A DNA stretch of 64,000 nucleotides, taken from contig MU057724.1 of the NCBI GenBank assembly GCA_013265495.1, positions 1,689,102 through 1,753,101 on the forward strand. The letters run 5' to 3'. The first letter of the stretch is position 1. Each line of letters starts with the position of its first letter. Shown one piece after another: positions 60,231 to 64,000 of the stretch. Under the pieces are notes generated by a model that worked only from the letters and a program-made list of their open reading frames with translations, searched no databases and was not told the DNA's origin. The translations under genes were made by a program, and so were the position numbers. The stretch comes from Vicugna vicugna (taxonomy: Eukaryota).

Positions 60231-60589
60231 ATTTCCTCCGGGCAAATTTCCACCCCAGTGTGTCCCTCCTGGGATCTCACGTCTACGTCGCTGGATGTGG
60301 TTGGCAGCACCTGGCATGTATCCACAGGAAAAGGACCGAGATTGTGCCTGCTGAAATGGATGGACGGAGCAGGGCTCTGAGCCCACCCTGTGTCCAAGCC
60401 CAGCATCAAAAGGAGTCCCGTCTGGGTCGCCTGCTCATGACAGAACAGCTCTGAGCTGCCCAGAGGACGTATACAGGAGAGGGGCCTCTTACTTCCAGGT
60501 GGGAATGCAGCAAATGCTGAACTGCATTAAACCCAGGCCTGAGACTGTGGGAGAAGCTGAGGCCAGGAAGGTTAAGAAACTCACCGGGA

Positions 60590-61296
60590 GCCCTCCTGCA
60601 CTGCTGGTGGGAATGCAGTTGGTGCAGCCACTGTGGAGAACAGTGTGGAGATTCCTCAAAAGACTAGGAACAACAGACTTACCATATGACCCAGGAATCC
60701 CGCTCCCAGAAGGAACCCTACTTCAAAAAGACACCTGCACCCCGATGTGCATAGAGCACTATTTACAATAGCCAAGACATGGAAACAGCCTAAATGTCCA
60801 TCAACAGAGGACTGGATAAAGAAGATGTGGCATAGTTATACAATGGAATACTACTCAGCCATAAAAACTGACAACCTAACGCCATTTGCAGCAACATGGA
60901 TGCTCCTGGAGAATGTCATTCTAAGTGAAGTAAGCCAGAAAGAGAAAGAAAAATACCATATGAGATCGCTCATATGTGGAATCTAAAAAAAAACAAACCA
61001 TAAATACAAAACAGAAACAGACTCATAAACATAGAATACAAACTTGTGGTTGCCAAGGAGGGTGAGGGGGTGGGAAGGGAAAGACTGGGATTTCAAAATG
61101 TAGAATAGATAAACAAGATTATACTGTATAGCACAGGGAAATATACACAAGATCTTGTGGTAGCTCACAGAGAAAAAAATGTGACAATGAATATATGTAT
61201 GTTCATGTATAACTGAAAAATTGTGCTCTACACTGGAATTTGACTTGTAAAATGACTATAACTCAATAAAAAATGTTTAAAAAAATAAAAAAAAAA
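60590..61296 (+). mobile_element. Relatively young 5'-truncated LINE-1 (ORF2 C-terminus + 3' UTR + poly-A)
   Basis: Translations LVQPLWRTVWRFLKRLG..DLPYDPGIP and ALFTIAKTWKQPKCPSTEDWIKKMW...MEYYSAIK; same 3' UTR family as 44294-45089. Confidence 0.93.
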
Positions 61297-62574
61297 GAAT
61301 ATTGTGTAGGCTGGACTGGAAAAGAATCATGAGTGCAAAAGAGATGGGATAAAAACCCAAAATGAGTTGTTGGATGTTGTCACGGTCTGTGAAATCCACG
61401 TAAGTACACCCCTCCACATAGATGACACAAACCAAACCTTCCACGGACGAGTGGGGCATCTCTCTGTGTGGCAGAGCTGCCCTCGCATGCCGTGCCCTAA
61501 CCACATCAGGTGTTGGAGGAATCAAGTGCAGAAGCAGCCTCAGAATCCTGAGGGAACATTCAGGAAAATGTTGTGCACTGTGGAAGGAAATGAGTTTGGA
61601 AATTGAGAGCATCGTGGGAAATGCGCATAATTCAGTCACAGGAACAGGCTAAAAAAGGCCATTGCAAAGTTGATTCACTCATTGTTGGGGCCAGATCCGA
61701 GTGTAATTGCAGTGGAGAAATTAGCATCTGATTATCACAGAGCAGTTTTGAAAAACTGTGTCTTGGCCAATTTGTTTTTCTAAATCTGTGGAGCATCAGT
61801 GAACGTGAGTCAGGCAGTGATATTTTTTCAGGCTCTGCCCACTTAGTGCCAAAACCCTTAGGTGAAAAGTAAAAAAAAACCAACCAAAATCCGTACTCAT
61901 ACAGACGCAGATGATTTTAGCTCTATACCAAATATCTCACCTACAGTGTTTGCTATTGTAACTCACAGTTTTACACATTTTGGGTGGAAAAAAAACCCCC
62001 AATAATTTGCATGGTAAGTAGGATTTCTTGAGGTGGAGTGTAGGGGGTGACAGTCCTTCTACTGGGCTGCCTGTAGGTGCCTGGCCCTCCTGATATCCCC
62101 ATATTAAGGGATCGGTCGCCCACAGGACAGTGAAGGGATGGGGCTCTGTTTGGTCGCACCCCCTCCACTCCCTTCTGGCTGCCTCTTCTTTTCATTTCAG
62201 CAAAACGGACAATGAAAATGTAATCAGCATAAATGGGTAGCAGGACTGACGTGAAAACACACTGGCCGAGAGGATCAGCCCCACTGGCTGCACGTCCCCC
62301 TAAATGAACCAGCCCAGAGCATCCTGCAGCTCGTTTGCAATTCTAAGTTATAATAATTCCACTTTTTTGAAATGGCTCCTTGAACTTGGTCTCCTCCAAA
62401 TTTCCAACGTGGTTGCCTTTGCTCAGATTGTCAGCTTTGCAGGAGACTCAGCAGCCTTCCCACATTTTCCCCCACTGTCTACTTCACCCTCTAACCCAGA
62501 GCCAAGATTCTTCTCAATCAAGAGTCAGGTTCAGGGTAATGTGGTGGGAGAACCATGGTATCTGGTCGTGGGAT

Positions 62575-62690
62575 GTGGTCATGGTGTCTGGGGTCAGACA
62601 GACCCGGCTGTAAATTCCATCTGCTCCATTCTCCAGCTGGGTGATCAGGGACAAGTTACTTAACTTTTTGGAGGCTTCTGTAAAATAAGA
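62575..62690 (+). mobile_element. MIR fragment
   Basis: TCTGGGGTCAGACAGACC...CAGCTGGGTGATC...CAAGTTACTTAAC...CTGTAAAAT. Confidence 0.7.
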
Positions 62691-63526
62691 CGCGATAGTA
62701 TGCCTTGCGGTGGGGGCCACCCCGAGACCACACACGTCTGTGTTTGGCAGCTCTCCCTTAGACACCCCTCCCGCGGGCTCCGCCCCGGGGCTCCGCTCAT
62801 CAGTTTCACCCACTCAAGGCATCCGGGTCTGTCTGCTGAGGGTGAGGGCAGGTGTGTGCCTTCTAACTGGCTCTTTTCATGGACTCCAGGCTGATGCTGT
62901 TGGCCTTGGTAGATAGCTGACTGGCTCCTGCCACATTTTGAGAACGTGCAGTGTCCCCACTCCCAGGACTCCTGCTGCCTCTGGCTGCCTGAGCTCCATA
63001 CCTTCCCTGAGGCTATCAGCTCCAGGGCCTCCAGATTCCTTACCTCCACGGAAAAACCTCTGCAAATTTACCTTGGAAAGCAGAAACTCACCCACACGTC
63101 TTACCAGACACGTCTACACGGCCTTACTACTGCAGTGTGTGCATTTAAATGACTACAATTCCAGGAAATTCTGCCCAGGAAGACAAAGCAGTTAACTATA
63201 TCGTTCATTTCAGGAACTTCTCCCAAATCCACTTACGTGAACACTGGATCAATTTCCAATATCCGTTAACTTTCTAAGACTCCCTTCAAAACTCTCCCCT
63301 CTTAGCCAGGGTTCACTGTAAGTGATTACAGCATGAACCTGACCCAGTTAGGGCTTCCAGGGGAAGATCTGCCCCAGACCAGCGCCCCCAAACCGTGCGT
63401 AACCAGCTTGCCTTCCCCTTCAGGGGCAGATGGTCCTCCTGTGCTAACAGTAAGCACAGATTCCTCGTCCCCGAGTGCTCACTCCTGCTTAAAGGAGGAG
63501 AAACCCACTTGCTGTTTTGTTGGCTC

Positions 63527-64000
63527 GCTCATTCCAGACAGGTTCCGTAAGGCTCTGCTTCAGCACTGAATGCAGGCGTGCGCTGCAGAAATTACTCCAA
63601 CTAGTACAGTGATCTTGTAAGACAGAATCTGGTTCTGTAGATTGGTGATTGTAAAAAAAAAAAGCTAAAGTGAGTAGCTTTTCAGGTTGTGTGAGCATAT
63701 TTGATGTAGTTATAGATGTAATGGTGCTGATAGCCACTTTGTTTTTCAGCCTGCACACATAAAAATTATATGCTCATTCCAGACAGGTTCCGTAAGGCTC
63801 TGCTTTAGCACTGAATGCAGGCGTGCGCTGCAGAAGTTACTCCAACTAGTACAGTGATCTTGTAAGGCAGAATCTGGTTCTGTAGATTGGTGATTGTAAA
63901 AAAAAAAAAGCTAAAGTGAGTAGCTTTTCAGGTTGTGTGAGCATGTTTGATGTAGTTATAGATGTAATGGTGCTGATAGCCACTTTGTTTTTCAGCCTGC
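63527..64000. repeat. Direct tandem repeat, 245-bp unit, at least 1.9 copies (runs off window edge)
   Basis: Unit starts GCTCATTCCAGACAGG at 63527 and again at 63772; I count 4 substitutions and a 1-nt poly-A length difference over ~229 aligned bases. Confidence 0.97.

Noticed and set aside
63645..63730. C/D-box snoRNA inside the 245-bp repeat (GTGATTG ... CTGA)
   Set aside because: C box deviates from RTGATGA, no terminal stem, and it contains a poly-A run.
1..64000. Assigning a named host gene to the window
   Set aside because: No exon translation matched a protein I recognise; a BLAST/synteny search against human or cattle is needed.

Overview
Mammalian genomic DNA, most likely a camelid (camel/alpaca/llama). 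The evidence is five tRNA-Ala-derived SINEs of the camelid vic-1 type (GGGGAGGGTATAGCTCA...GGTTCAATCCCCAG) and matching young L1 3' ends. The window is GC- and CpG-rich and looks intergenic or intronic: I could not recognise any protein-coding gene, and the only ORFs with recognisable homology are decayed LINE-1 ORF2 fragments. It contains many interspersed repeats (L1 of several ages, HAL1, L2, MIR, MLT1, MER21, an ERV1-type solo LTR, a MER3-like DNA transposon), four CpG-island-like regions (~6.8-7.8, ~20.4-20.7, ~31.2-31.6, ~59.0-60.2 kb), CTCF motifs, AT-rich homeodomain-motif blocks resembling conserved enhancers, and a 25-N assembly gap. Most notable observations: (1) a near-perfect 245-bp tandem repeat at the right edge whose unit contains a textbook 80-nt GT-AG mini-intron; (2) a CpG island that seems to have arisen inside an ancient HAL1 element, consistent with window-wide AT->GC drift of old repeats; (3) several well-bounded candidate exons and first exons of unannotated, probably non-coding, transcripts. 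Repeat family names come from my recall of consensus sequences, not from a search, and many boundaries are approximate.
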